Below, in pieces: positions 40,999 through 53,870 of a stretch of DNA of 64,000 bases. Under the pieces are notes generated by a model. The model searched no databases. It was not told the origin of the DNA and saw only the letters and a list, made by a program, of their open reading frames with translations. Both the position numbers and the translations under genes were made by a program. How positions within the stretch are numbered: the first letter of the stretch is position 1; every line of letters starts with the position of its first letter. Origin of the DNA: Ascidiella aspersa (lineage: Eukaryota); NCBI GenBank assembly GCA_963924565.1, contig OZ004610.1, positions 9,114,001 through 9,178,000 of the forward strand. The letters are read 5' to 3'.

Positions 40999-43592
40999 GT
41001 AAGTGCCAATAAGCCTATAGCTTTTTAAATTTGTTTTGATAACCGATTTACAATCACTGTGATTTAATTGAACGGACCCTTTGCACGTACAACGCGGTTG
41101 GAGAAGCGTCACGCAAACATGTTTTCTAAAAAAACAACACAAAAAACAACAACACCTTCCACCCACATCCACTCATATTCCTCCCAAACGACGCGATTTT
41201 TTCGAGAGGGTGCACATTGATGACGTTGCCTGGTCGTCATCGATTTATCCCCCGAGAGGGCAAGTGGCGCGTGCGATAATAGCGCGCGGCCGCCCTTGCC
41301 ATTTTCTCCCTATGTATATGCGAACAAACGGCTGCATTCTCACGCAACAATAGAGCCGAGTTGTTTTTTATTCCCCGGCTAGTCATGCGCTGCTGGCCTG
41401 CTTGGCGGTTGGACAAATCTCTGTGCCGCTATGTGGGCGCTGCTGCCTATGCAGGCTAGATTTATTGCAGTTGTTCTCTTTGCTGCTTTTGTAGGACGGG
41501 GGACGAAGGTCGAGCAGAGTTTAGAGTATTTATATTGTGCAATAGAAGCACAACAAACAGAACTGAGCTGTGTGCTAAGGAAGTGGTTACTTTTGCAAAG
41601 GAAGTGGTTAATTTCAGACAAACTTAAAACAAAATTAAAAGCTGTATGTGAAAAATTATTTAAACATAATCCGAAAGGATATTTAAAAATCATTTAAATA
41701 TAATATTTGTTTCCACATTTTCTGTAGTTAGTTTAAATACAGCAGGACTTGAAAACAGGGCAAGGTTTTAGATCATTTTATTTAGCCTTGAGCGCCAAGA
41801 CGAAGTGCAGGGCGGAAACTTAATATCTCCTGTGGTAAAAGGCAGTAGACTGGAGGTCTCCCGCCGGTTTCTGACTTTTCGAAAATTTAAAAACAAGCTT
41901 CGCAGCTCTCTAGTAGGGCGGCCAACTTCTGGCCGGGCTCGCTACACATTGCGAGAGGCATTTCACAGCTCATTGGCAAGCAGCGGTGGCCTGGTTGACT
42001 AGCGAGTTCAAAGCGGTTCGATTCGCTTTCGCAGCTTTTGAAAAAAAAAACACGGAACAAAACGAACCTCGCCTCAATTCCTCGCTTTAGCTATCGCTTA
42101 GTCGGCTCAATCGACCGCGACCTTCATAAGCCAAAGTCAACACGCGCCCGTTGTCGAGGGCTGGTGGTTTTGAATTTGTGTAAAACGATCGCAATAATTC
42201 CGTCCGGTTAGTGGTTTGTATAAATAAATTAACGCCAAACGCAGCAACTACAGCTGCTTTGTTCAGCGCGACTAATGGAAAGCTTAAAAATCTCGGGCGC
42301 CTGCATTGAGCGAAAGGCGGATATCACTGTTTTATTACGTTGAACTGTTTTGGAAGCGTACTAACAGTTTCAGAGAAGGGCTTTTGACAGGCGCTTTTTA
42401 AATATCTATTTGCTTAGCTTTCAGGGTGAGGGAGAGCAAACATTTTGCGAGGTAGTAGTAGCCGGAACTGCTTCTCTTTTTCCTTTGTTCGCCCTCGAAA
42501 GACGGATGTAAATTTCGTGCGCCTGGCTCGCCTGAACTTCAAAAAAGGCGCCCAAAGCATACATGCAACTAACTAAGTGCCCGGTCAGGTTCTTTGTCAG
42601 GACTTTACCTTACCTCAGTAGTCAGCATAACGGTGCCAAGGAGCCAATGTCCGCCTTGTTTTTGCTTTATTGTGCAACTCGGTCGCATTTAGTAGCTAGT
42701 CAGCGCGATCAGTCGAAATGCAACCGTCGACGACAGTTGCAAGTGCGCGGCAATTATTTCGGTTGGTTTAGGAGTTTCTGACAACGTGACTGACCAGGGA
42801 AAACAGCTCGCGCCGCTGGACGCTGTCGTGTTTACACAGAGCCCTTTGACGCGAGCGCGCTCGAAAGTCGAGAGCGCTTCATCGCCAAGCGTTTCTGTGA
42901 TTCCAGGCGTCGTTTTCTCGTGGGACGCGCGCATTGCGGAAAGACACTCGCCCGCGAAATATTCGCCCGGGCAATAGGCGACCCGCCGAGCTTAGACCGC
43001 GGCGCCGAGGACAAGGCAGACGGAAGGCGGGCGGCTAGGTGCAACCCGATCTGACCAGCGTGCGTGAAATTACCTGGCCTCACTCGCCCCGGAGCTGCCA
43101 GGCTGCGTGTTTGTTCTTAAGTCGCGTTATTTTCGTGCGGTTGGCACCAAGCGAGCATTGCTCGTATAAGCAGGCGGCGAACCCGCGTTGCACGACGCCG
43201 TGAGTAAATGCGAAAGTGCATTATAGGTTGCAGGTATAAATCAGCGTGAGTCAACATGGGGTTGCCTATAGGCTGGTGTTAGGACAGTTTACGCCCAGCA
43301 TTCCAACTGGAAGCCAGGGCGAAGCAGGCGGACAAAATTCGCTCTAAAAACGTTGGAAGCATATCAGTTATCTTTGACAGTTAAGAACAGTGATTCGGCA
43401 GGCCCTTAGTGAGACAGCAGCAACTTATTTAACTGTGTTATATGACAGAGTATTTGCTCAAAGTTTGAGTTGGGTTATTATTTGTCTTTGTATTTTACCA
43501 GTTTAATTCTTCAACGTTGTTTGGTGGCTGCCAACCAACCAAACAGACTAGGTAATTTTGTTGTAACTCGTAAAGAACCAACAAGTCACGAA

Positions 43593-43951
43593 ATGAAATC
43601 CTTGCGTCGTCTATCGGTGCGCCATAGCGCCGATGACGTCATCGAGCAAAGCCGCCCTAAAAACCTGCCGTTGGTGGCGGAAGGCAAGCTGTCACTCAAG
43701 GCCGAACTCCGCGCCTCGTTTTCTTCCCTACCTCACGCCAAGCTCCAGCGAAAACGAGCGACCAGTGGGATTGCCAGTGAGCCCGAAAGCAGTCCCGAGG
43801 TTCGGCGACGCTGGTCGCCCTTGAGCGGGTTTCTAGCGTCACCAAACGGCTCGAGCTTCTGGCTGCCACTGTCCCCTAGGAGTCGCTACAGCGCCAAGAA
43901 GAAGCGCCAAGCGGCGACGGCAAACTCGAGAACTGGAGATTCGGATTCAAG
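43593..43951 (+). CDS. Candidate alternative first coding exon (119 aa, MKSLRRLSVRHS...)
   Basis: ATG-started, Ser/Arg-rich, coding-like stretch in an AT-rich context. It ends at AG|GTGTTT in phase 2, shortly before its stop; the donor is weaker than the others. Confidence 0.62.
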
Positions 43952-44234
43952 GTGTTTTGTGTTGTTTTAACGCTGATAAAACATGTTGCTTTGCTAGGGT
44001 TTGTTTATTTTGACGGGCCTTACTCGGAAAGTATTGAATTCTTTCCGTGTGCAATATCAAATTTACTTTATTTTTAAATATTTTGACGCAAATTTGAAAT
44101 AGTGTAAAACCTTGAATATCAAATAGAGTTATTGACGCGCGAAGTATCCAGACGAAATCGCCAGATGTCGATGTCTGTCATATAGAACAAGACCGAAAAG
44201 GTGCTTTCGCGTGGGCTGCCTGGGCCCGGCGACA

Positions 44235-44269
44235 TATATAGCAGGAGCACTTGCTGCAGAATTTCAGTC
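44235..44269 (+). promoter_or_regulatory. Putative TATA + Initiator core promoter
   Basis: TATATAG at 44235 and TCAGTC with its A at 44266 (TATA at -31), followed by ~485 nt with no ATG. Confidence 0.4.
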
Positions 44270-47165
44270 TTTTCGCAAACGCGCGGTCGGCTGCCAGGAA
44301 CAGCTTTCCAAATCAGAAAGGTGGTGAACGGGGTCGCCCTGGCGCGTTGGACGCGAGGCCTGTCCCAACAAGCGTAACCACAAGTGGCGGTGGCGGAACC
44401 ACGGGGAGGGGGGCTGGCCGGCTACGCTTGTCGCGAAGTAGCTGAGCGTTCCGCCATTACACCGGTACTCGATCGATCGAACTTCTTTCGCTTGTTTCGT
44501 TTTGCACGCGAGCAAAACCAACAGCGCGGCGGCCTACAGGAACTTCGTGTAACTTCGCAGTCGCTTGTACTTTATCGTAGAGCTCCTGCTGTATACCAGC
44601 TCGGTACTTCGCGCTAGTAAAGCACTTCCGCTTTCATATTCAGGCTAGCGTCGATTGTAGAGTTTCCAGCTTCGCGTGACGCTTAATAAGCCTTTGTTTC
44701 TTTCCTGGCGGCCTTTTGTGCAGCTGACAGCAACAGCAGTAGCAGCAGCGGATGCCGCACAGTGAATACTTGGGCATGCGTTGTCAGGTTTGAGGCTCAG
44801 CTGTAGTCCTGGTGTTTGTGTGTTGCTTCACGGCGGAGACAAAGTTCAACCGAGGTCGTCTTGTACCTGTGCTGAAATTACTGACGTCCTTCAAGCGGTT
44901 CAGTGAGCGATTTTACACCTCTAATTAGGGAACGCAGCGAAAGTAATTCAACGAACTAATTTTATTGCTTTTAGAAAATTCAAAAAGAGTTCGCACAGTA
45001 AGCAACCAAACTGTGACGTGTTTTCTTTCGCAACTGTGCAAGCTTTCAGAGACTTTACCTGGCATCAAGTTAAAATTGATTTTTCGCGTCGAAGGACGCC
45101 AGCCCCTAAAACGCCCGGCTCAACTTTTAGGGGATTGCTGTGGGATTTGCGGTTGAAAGCTTTGGAAGAAAAAAAAAACGTTGCGCTGAAAATTGCCTTT
45201 GCTTGTTTGCCCGTGCAAAACAAACGCTCGCGTGCCTTCAGTCACGGGCGTTTAAGGCAATTACCCGTGCAGGCCCGGGGGTAATAGGCATTTCGGCGCG
45301 CTTTAAATTGCACGGCTTTAATCGCCTGATTTCGTTGCGGTCTTTGTGCTTGTATTTAGCCGATCAAAGACCTGGCGTTTTGCTACCGCCGCCGCTGCTA
45401 CTGATGTAATATTTATGGGGTTTAATTTTGCCAGCTTTTGGGTCGATCAAGGACCATTCGCGCGCGGCATGTCGACATACTGATCCTCGAGTAAACGACG
45501 TAAAAGCGGTTTGCGGAACGTTCCCCTCAGGTTACTAGGGCGGGTATATAAACCGGCGGTCCAAACGCCCGAGATTGCATTAGAGTTCAGTCGCTGCATC
45601 GTATTGCCTTCGTTTGCAGTATAGTTTGTTTTATGCGCAAGTAGGAATTGTTTTGCAGAACAGGTATTAAAGCCAGAATAGGCATATTTTACTTTTCGAC
45701 TGGGATGTTTAGCCTCCTAGACCTGCACAGGAATTATACCTCTTTGAAAACGGCATTTTCAACAAAACCATAAAGTTTGTCAAATGCGCTAAAGAAACGA
45801 GCCAATTTTATTTGAAAATGCTTTTTAAAAACAGTTTATCCCGGCATCACCTTCATGCCATCGTAACTTTAAAAACGTTCGCTTAGAGTCGGTAAAACAA
45901 ATAGTTAAAGGACATTAAATGTAACGACTTGAACGCGAGATAGCCGTGAGACCAATAATTTGAATAAGACTTTTTGACTTTTTAAATATATATGATTTAA
46001 TGGTGCGCGATGATATTCATTAACTATAACTAATAAACCCACCAAACAAAACAGAATCGATGCAAACACTCAAATTGCGTTGTTATAAGGCATTGGAAAA
46101 AGTCGTTTTTAGCCTTAGAGCGCTGTAAACTGGTCGATAAAAGTGCCAATTAAGCGACATTGGATGACGTCACAGCAGTGGTTTGTACCACTTATTTTTT
46201 ACCTTCATTGCTCTATTTTGGGTTATCATTCAATGTTTTTAACTGGGCACCTTCACATAATTAGGGTTTTCAATTGGCGCGGGTTTATAAAGGGCGAATT
46301 TGTCGTCTAAAAGTAGCTATTTATATATTTTTGTAAATGAAAAGAAGTCATCGAACGCCACAATGCAAATTTGTCGCGTGCCAGCGTCATTCCAGCACTA
46401 ATTGACGCCGAACGAAATGTGACGTCATGCGCGGACACGTCACGAACGCCTCTTTGGAGGTCAAATGAAAGCGGTCGCGTAACGGCCGATCGAAAGCGGT
46501 GGCCAGCCTGCCATTTGCGTGCCCTCGGCCGGACACTGAACCCCCGTTATGCAAGCGCACAAGCCGCAATACAGTGCGTTGTTTACGGAAGACGCGGAGC
46601 ACGTAATTAGGAAGCCCCGTTGATCGTGCCGTGAAACGATTTAGATTCGTTATATAGTCGGCAATGTATCCGTCTTCTTTTCTGTATATACGGTGGTGCA
46701 GTGTACCAACTCCCCCCATCTCACTCTGTCGCTCGCTTTTGCGCATTTGATTTGATGCGCCCTTAATAATTGATGCTGCTTTGACACGGCGTCAGCTGTA
46801 CTCGGGAAGCGGGCAATTCTTGGGAGTTGCTGAACCGCGCGTTGTACATATAGACCACGGCGCCTGCTCATCTATTCTGATTTATTTTAGACGCGCGAGA
46901 GGCGTAGGTCGTCTGATAAAAGGTGGGTGCGCATCCATTAGAGCAAAATTATGCGACCGATCGTCAGCTTTTGACAGGCAGTTGGCAAGCATTTAATTTG
47001 CCTCAGTCGCCCGACGACTTTGAAAGGCGAAGTTGCAGCAAGACAGCACACCAAGCCAGTCGCATTCTGAAGTCGCAGCAAATATATTAAAGGAGAACTG
47101 TTTCAACATTTGCTGCTCGTTGCTGTTTCCTTTGCTGCATTTAAGTCGCTACAAGAAGTATCGAT

Positions 47166-47257
47166 ATGGTTTCTCGAGTCTACGTTTCTCCACTTTTCGC
47201 CGACCTTTCAGAGGACGACGACGATGACGTCATCTATTTGCCTGCGGTGACGTACAA
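47166..47257 (+). CDS. Candidate alternative first coding exon (MVSRVYVSPLFADLSEDDDDDVIYLPAVTY)
   Basis: ATG to a consensus AA|GTAAGT donor, 92 nt, phase 2. Its LSEDDDD motif recurs at the start of the 53091 exon. Confidence 0.62.
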
Positions 47258-50200
47258 GTAAGTGGCGTGACGTCACGGGGAGAGGTTGTGAATGTGAATG
47301 CGTGTGTATGTGTGAATAGAATAATAGTACTATTGTCAATTGTAATACGCTTTCAAATAAGCACATTAAAGTGTGATTCGTGCAATCAAATACAGTCAGG
47401 TTAAATATATAAAAACGGCGGAGGTTTTACATTTTTTAAAGGATTATTATACATACTTGATTCACAACGCAATTTCGACGCAGACCCAATTTTGCTCGAT
47501 TACATTTTGCCCACCCGCTATATGCGCACCATATATCCCTCTTAGAGGCCACTTGACATGAAGTGCTGTGTGCCACGAAACGTCCTTATTCCAAAGTGGC
47601 TGTAAGGTAGATTATTACCAATAACCAGTTCGCAAGCTTGTCCCGAACTTGTGGCCAACAGACAACGTCTGTTGTCTCACATCCTTGCTTTTATCGCATA
47701 AACAATAAATGGCACTTTTATTTTGAACAAGTTGTTAAATTATTTTTACAGTAGTGTTCATATAATTTTTTTGCTATTTTACCAAAAATAAGGTGCTATT
47801 GATAAAGCATGTAGCATCTACCCGTCATTTTTTTTCTTGTGCAAGCCTTAAATATAGACACCCTACGCTTCATTAAAATGATCTTCATTAAAATGTTTAT
47901 CGATTTTTTAGCTTTTTGCCGGTAGTCAATCGAGGCCCAACAATAGGCAAAGCCACTTCTATCCCTATTCGCCGATTGATAGTTGATTAACTCAAAAGCT
48001 CAGTCTTAAGAATAGCGTTGAAAATTAACGCAGGAGTGTCGCGTCACCGTTTCCCTGCAAATAAATGCGTTGGCGATTTTGTTGCTGACTGGCGTGGGCC
48101 AACTTGTTGTTGTTGTTTTTTTTACCGGCCAGTTTATTCACCGATAACGCCGCACAGTTGACAACAGGACTTGCTGACAGGATGTGAGTGTTTAAAATGT
48201 TAGTATTTACACGAAAAACGCCGCCCGAATTGAGCATTTTTAGCGTGCGAAATGTATTGCGATAAGGTTGAGTTTGTTTTAGTAGCGTGCTGATCGCCTG
48301 TTAATTACAACGTAAAGCGGAAGTGATAGTTTAATAGTGAACGTAACACAATGTTCCGGATGTAATTGCCTTCTCATTTACGTCCGCTGTATTCCAGGAA
48401 TCGTATTGATAGGTTCATAATGCAGTTTTGACACTGCGTTTTGCGCCCAGCCTACCATGATGGTTCACTGGGTGTAGGACCTAGTTTTGAGTATTGCAAA
48501 TGGATAGAGCACAAGAGCTGAACGAAAGAAATAAAGTTAGACGCGTCTTTAATGTAAAAACCAAAACCTTGCGGTTTTAGCTTGGTGGCTACAATGTAAA
48601 TTCGGCAGGTTGAGATGTGCCTTGCGCAATTTGTTTACGTTGAGTACACTTCGGTAAAGTTGGTCGGGAAGTCGCCTGGGAAGTGCATTAATTCGTCTGT
48701 CGCTTCCCGCTGCGCAACACACACCGTCGTGGACGTTTGCGTTTAATGTAAGCATTGCGCTCGCTTTCATTGAAACGCACCACACTTTGTGTTTTGCATT
48801 TCCGGGAAACGGTGTTCCTAGAAACGCTGACCCAACTGGAACAAGTAACAAATCCGTATAACGTAAAGAGACGCTTTAACAGCCTCTTGTCTGCAAAACG
48901 CGCCCTTAAAACAACAACAACAACCGCAAACCCATTGGCTTACTAATCACCATACGCAGTGAGATCAACCTGCGCCCGCTAAAAGTCGTAGCAGTAATTG
49001 CAACCGCGAAAAATAGTTTGTGTGCTGTTGATTGCCCTCTTGCGGCCGCCGGAACGCCTTTCTCCGATCCGCGTCGCGTCGTTAAAGAGCATTTCATTGC
49101 GCTCGCGGTTCGCGACATGGCGTTCGGCGTCGCCGCGGCGACCCTTGAACAGTCAAAATGTTATCGCGGCGTTTTTGATGCGACTCGGACAGGAAGACAG
49201 TCTTTTCTTACACGCGACCGATAGTTTACTTGTAATGGAAAGATGTACTAAAAGGGGCGCGTCAAGATGCGTTTTGACTGACTGTGGGCATCAGTTAATA
49301 GGTTAGCGACGCACTACGAAGAACATGTCGAGTTTAATTCGTGCGCTTGAATAAATTTTCCGTTTAAATTGCAAAACCCAAGCGTGGCGGAAACTAATTG
49401 GGTCCTGCTCACTGTATTTTTTATTATTCCTGACACACTGAGGTCAGCCACGCGCGGCGTGCGTTTTGGCTCAAGACCCGCCATTATTAAATGACCTTTT
49501 CTGCTTGGAAGCTTATTACGTGGTAATGCAAGCCCTGGCGAACGTTAATTCAAAAATTATTTAACGTCGCGTAAAAATTGCCCCTAAAGCCCCGAGGGAG
49601 CGCTGTTATTATCAAGCCTGCTTATGTGGATTGACGGGCGATAATTGACTAGTTGTAACCGGCGACTTTGAATAAAAGCCAAGCTATGCGTTTTCACCAG
49701 TCTTTTTCAACCCGTTCGCCTTAATTGCCTGCATAAGAAAGTTTCGTTTAATCGCACAGATAAAGATTTCGTTTCAATTTGCCGAGCTAATTAAAAAAAC
49801 GCGGTGAAGGGCGCTTCAAAGAAATTTCACTAAATTCCTGTAAAAATCGTCACCTCGACGTGACGCCGTTCTACAAGGATGCCGTCACGCTGACTTTCCA
49901 AATATGTCGTCCGCCGCATTGGATACCTGACTTAGGTCGAGCCGAAGATATTTCATGCTTCGGCCTCCAATGAGCTGCGGTTTGCAGTTTGTTCGAGTTG
50001 AGACGTGGCCGAGGTTGGAGTGGCGCGATATGCGCCCAGTCAAGTGCACTTGAAAGCCTTAAGTTTTTTTTGATAGTTTTGTTATCGCATCACATAAGAG
50101 CCTTAGATAGAACGCAATCAGTTTCGAAATTAACTGACTTTTTGCCGCCGGGTTTACAAGAGTAAATGAATAGAGAAGTTACAGTGGTGAGTGTTATTAG

Positions 50201-52089
50201 TCTCTGGTTTCTTTCCGAAGGTAAAACAAGGTTTGCGTTTCCCAAAAGCGTGAGTCGTAAATCCGTACAACTAAGCGGGGATCATTCGCCAGTCGTAAAT
50301 CTCGAAAGCAATCGCGTCGTTCAGCAAGATAGTCCCAGTCGCCTTATGCATGGGCGCGCCAAATTCGCTCTAGGATTTTCGATCGATTCCTAGGGACCTT
50401 TATTGCGAGGTTAATTGGACGCGAACATGGATTTTTTACCGGCTTAAAAGAGGCTCGTCATTGGATGCCGAAACTCCATTTCCCTGAACGCCATAAGCAA
50501 GACGGGCAACTTTTTTCCCGCACGTCATGTATCTAACGTGTAGGCAAACAGAGGCGCCATAGCGAGAGTGGGTAGAACAGTAGCGTCGCCTCACCAAACG
50601 GGCGTGTTTTCTTGAGAGGCAGGGCAGCTATAAAGGTCTTGCGCGCTTATGGCATTAGGTGGAAATAACTTTTCCCCGCAATTGGTCGATCATTAACCGG
50701 TCATGAGTCGTACGTGTTTACCATCCGAAGAACACAAACATCTCAACGCGTTTTGACGAATGTGTTTATCGCCGTTTTGTCAATTCGGTCCCGGGCCGCC
50801 CAACGCGACTCGTAACGCCAAGGAGAAGATAATTGAGATGCCCAGTTTACCGCCTGTTCAGGTTGTGGTAGTTGCGCCTTCAGCCTTTGCTGTCAGTCAG
50901 GATTTATCGTCGGCGCCGTTTTTTCTCTCGTTAGCGTTTTTTTGTGAACACCAAATAAAGTAGTTGTGATCAGGTAGGGCGGCGGCGATTTATTTTCTTC
51001 GAATTGATTTGATCAAGGCAGTTTAGTCGGTAGTCTTTTGCAATTTTTCCACGTGAAAACCCAGAAATTATGTATGGGAGTGGTATTTGTAGAAAGGAGT
51101 TGACAATACAATATATCATTTTCCTGTTAACGTTGGTCTGTATTTTGCGTTGCCAGTTTAGCGGTTAAGTTTACTGTGTGCCACTGTTTGTTTGGCGTTC
51201 ACCTGGCATTGAAAGTGTCAGCAAAGTTGATTTTGCCAGCTGGCCCAGAGCAAGCGCGTTAAAGCGTTTAACACTCCAGCGGTACCGACTCTGTTTGCTT
51301 TCGGTACAGGTTTAAAATCGCGGAAAAATCAATTACTGGTCGGCCCATTGTGCGCCTATTATATACTCCATTCAGCGACGGTAACAATAGTTGCTGGGCG
51401 AAGCCTCATCGGGGCAGAAAAAAGCGCTGGCCGCTAGCTGAGTTCCGTCGTTTTGCCGTGTTGTTATAAGACGCAACTTGACACGTGCGCTGCGAAGTAC
51501 AAGCGATAATTGCGCGCTTGTGCTGCATCTGGCCCGATTGTTTTTTGCCTCGGCCAGTATGATATCAGGTAACCTCCCGGTACTGTTTCGCATTGTTGTC
51601 AGACGTAGAGAGAAAAGAGTTGTATTGTAAGTCGCGGTTGGGGCCGGCAGACGGAATGTTAATTGGCTGCGAGATTACCTTTAGGACCTCATCAAAGCAC
51701 AGGCAACTTGTGCGCGATTTTAAACCGCGGGCTTTAAACCATGCTGACTAATTTTGTACTTTTTAATAAAAGGGAGGTTCCAAAATGTCGACAGGAGTTT
51801 GAGTTTCCAAAGCCAGCGTTACAGTTCAGCAAAGAGAGTTTCGAACAATTCCATTGTGCGGCGATTCGCTGGCTTTCTTAGGCGGAAATTCGTGCTGCCT
51901 ACGCTGTTTGCTTAACGCAACCCAGCCGCGTCCCCCGGCGAGGTTTTGAACGTGACGTATAGTGGGCGGAACCCTTGGTTAATGTGCAACAACGAAGCGA
52001 ACTTTTTCGAGTCGAAATCGTGTTGTTTATCACGCCGAACGCTTAAAGTGTGACGCCCGCGTTCGAAAACGTTCGCCGTCTGACTCAGG

Positions 52090-52369
52090 CAGTGTTGTAA
52101 ACAATTCATTTTGAGCTGACTTAAGTCCCAGTCAAGTCATTTGTAAAGTAACTTAAGTTCAAGTCAAGTCCCAGTCAAGTCCTTGTCATAAAAATTATAT
52201 ATTATAAAAAATTATATTATTTTAACCCAAGTCATTTTTTCTAAATACGGAAGTCAAGACAAGTCATTTGTCCAAAAGACTTAGGTTAAGTCATTTTGTC
52301 TACAAGACTTAAGTCAAGTCATTTGAAAACAGTGACTTAACTGCATTCACTTAAGTCTTTACAACACTG
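52090..52369. mobile_element. hAT-like MITE, family B (internal CAAGTC repeats)
   Basis: Perfect 12-bp TIR cagtgttgtaaa / tttacaacactg, perfect 8-bp TSD gactcagg at 52082-52089 and 52370-52377, and many subterminal (c)aagtca motifs. Confidence 0.9.
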
Positions 52370-53090
52370 GACTCAGGTGTTTTGAACCCGAAAAACGCGC
52401 GACCGAGGCATTTACCAACGTTCTTGTTTGATAAACCGACGCGAACCCGTTCGACTTACATCGATTTTAATATTCCTTTATTGTTTCTTTGCGCGCTTTC
52501 AATTTGCCGGGCAATCGGGTTAAGGCTCTGTACGGTGCTTATGTCGGACAAATATGTGCCATTAATGTCGAGTGGTCATCGATTGGTCTGAAACGGCCGA
52601 AGCACCTTCGTTGTGTAAATAACGGCACATTTCAAAGTTGGCGTTCTGTCCTTCCGAGCACGCGTTGTTTAGGGATTTTTTTTGTATTTCTGGAGAAATA
52701 TTTGCGTTGGTCTCTGTCGGATCGATGCCTTAGGTGCTGAAAAGTATACTACAATAAATGTGTATTTAAGGGAAGGACAGTTGTGTTTAAAAATACATTA
52801 CGTTTTTTGGTCCGTTGATCAGAGAATGCGCATACCACGAAATCTGCCTCGCTTTTGCCTTGTGAATCACGTATTTACGCCTTTGTGAATTTGGGGAGAA
52901 AAAACGTGTGTTTGTTAACTTGTGGTTTGTCATGACGTTCGTTTTCAAGTACCCAGCCCAACCCTAAGCTATTCAACACTAAGCGATAAAGAGTTAACTT
53001 GAGAAATTGTGTGTTTGCTGCCTGTGACGTGTGACTGAAAAAACGACCCCCCCAGTGACGTCACCCGCAATACCCCTGCTTGAATCGCAG

Positions 53091-53594
53091 CCCCGACGAG
53101 GAGGAGCTTTCGGAGGACGACGACGACCGACCGCCGTTTCCATTCGCCCAGCTAGTGCACTGGCCGGCGCTGGGCAAGTTTGCGCTCAAGTCGCCGCTTG
53201 CAAGTCGCCAGTCGAGCGCTGAGCTGCGCTTGCAAACTCAGAGCACTTCGGAAGTCGAAAGCGGCGCTTTTAATTCGAAGGAGCACTATGGCTTGCGGCG
53301 CGTGCGCAGCGTAGGTCCGTGCGACGACGCTAGCAAGCTCTCAGCGGCTCCAGTGGCGCGTCTGCGACAAAGAAGGTCGGCAGTGTCCGCCGCCGCCTCG
53401 TTTGACCAGCCCAGCTCTGATATCGGCTTTCAGGAGGAGCTGCTCGATCAGTTCGGAATGCCGCTCAAGAAGAACACGCTTCGCATCACGGCCCGCTTCA
53501 TCGGCTCACTGCAGAAGCACGCCAACCAGAAGGCGAGGGCCGAGCGGGTGGCCGCCGCCGCCGCGCTCGCCACCTATCTCAACAACCCGGGAAG
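53091..53594 (+). CDS. Symmetric phase-2/2 cassette exon (168 codons)
   Basis: Acceptor cccctgcttgaatcgcag, donor AG|GTAGTC, 504 nt, open frame PDEEELSEDDDDRPPFP...YLNNPG with coding-like codons. An in-frame stop at 53056 and no early ATG indicate entry by splicing. Confidence 0.75.
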
Positions 53595-53870
53595 GTAGTC
53601 GGATTTTTCGCGGCCGCGCGTGGGCGTGCCGGCGCCACACTCACGTTTTTCGCGTTTTCGTGTGGCGCTTTACGCGCGTTAGAACGCCCAACACACACAT
53701 ATACATAAGACACATCACGCACTCCAACCGCGTCGAGTTTATTTATCTCGGCTTTTTGTTTGCGTTTACCTCGGCATTTTGTCTGCGCTTTCCACAACTT
53801 AAACACTATAGTGTAAATAGTAATGAAACTGCCAGCTGCGCGTTCTTTAACATACTTCATTCGTTTGCAG

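Noticed and set aside
46891-46922. Possible 32-nt exon (ttttag|...AG|GTGGGT) linking the LIM micro-exon to an internal AG at 47211
   Set aside because: The frame works, but the LIM is completed correctly by exon 53871 and the 47166 exon has its own in-frame ATG. There is no other support.
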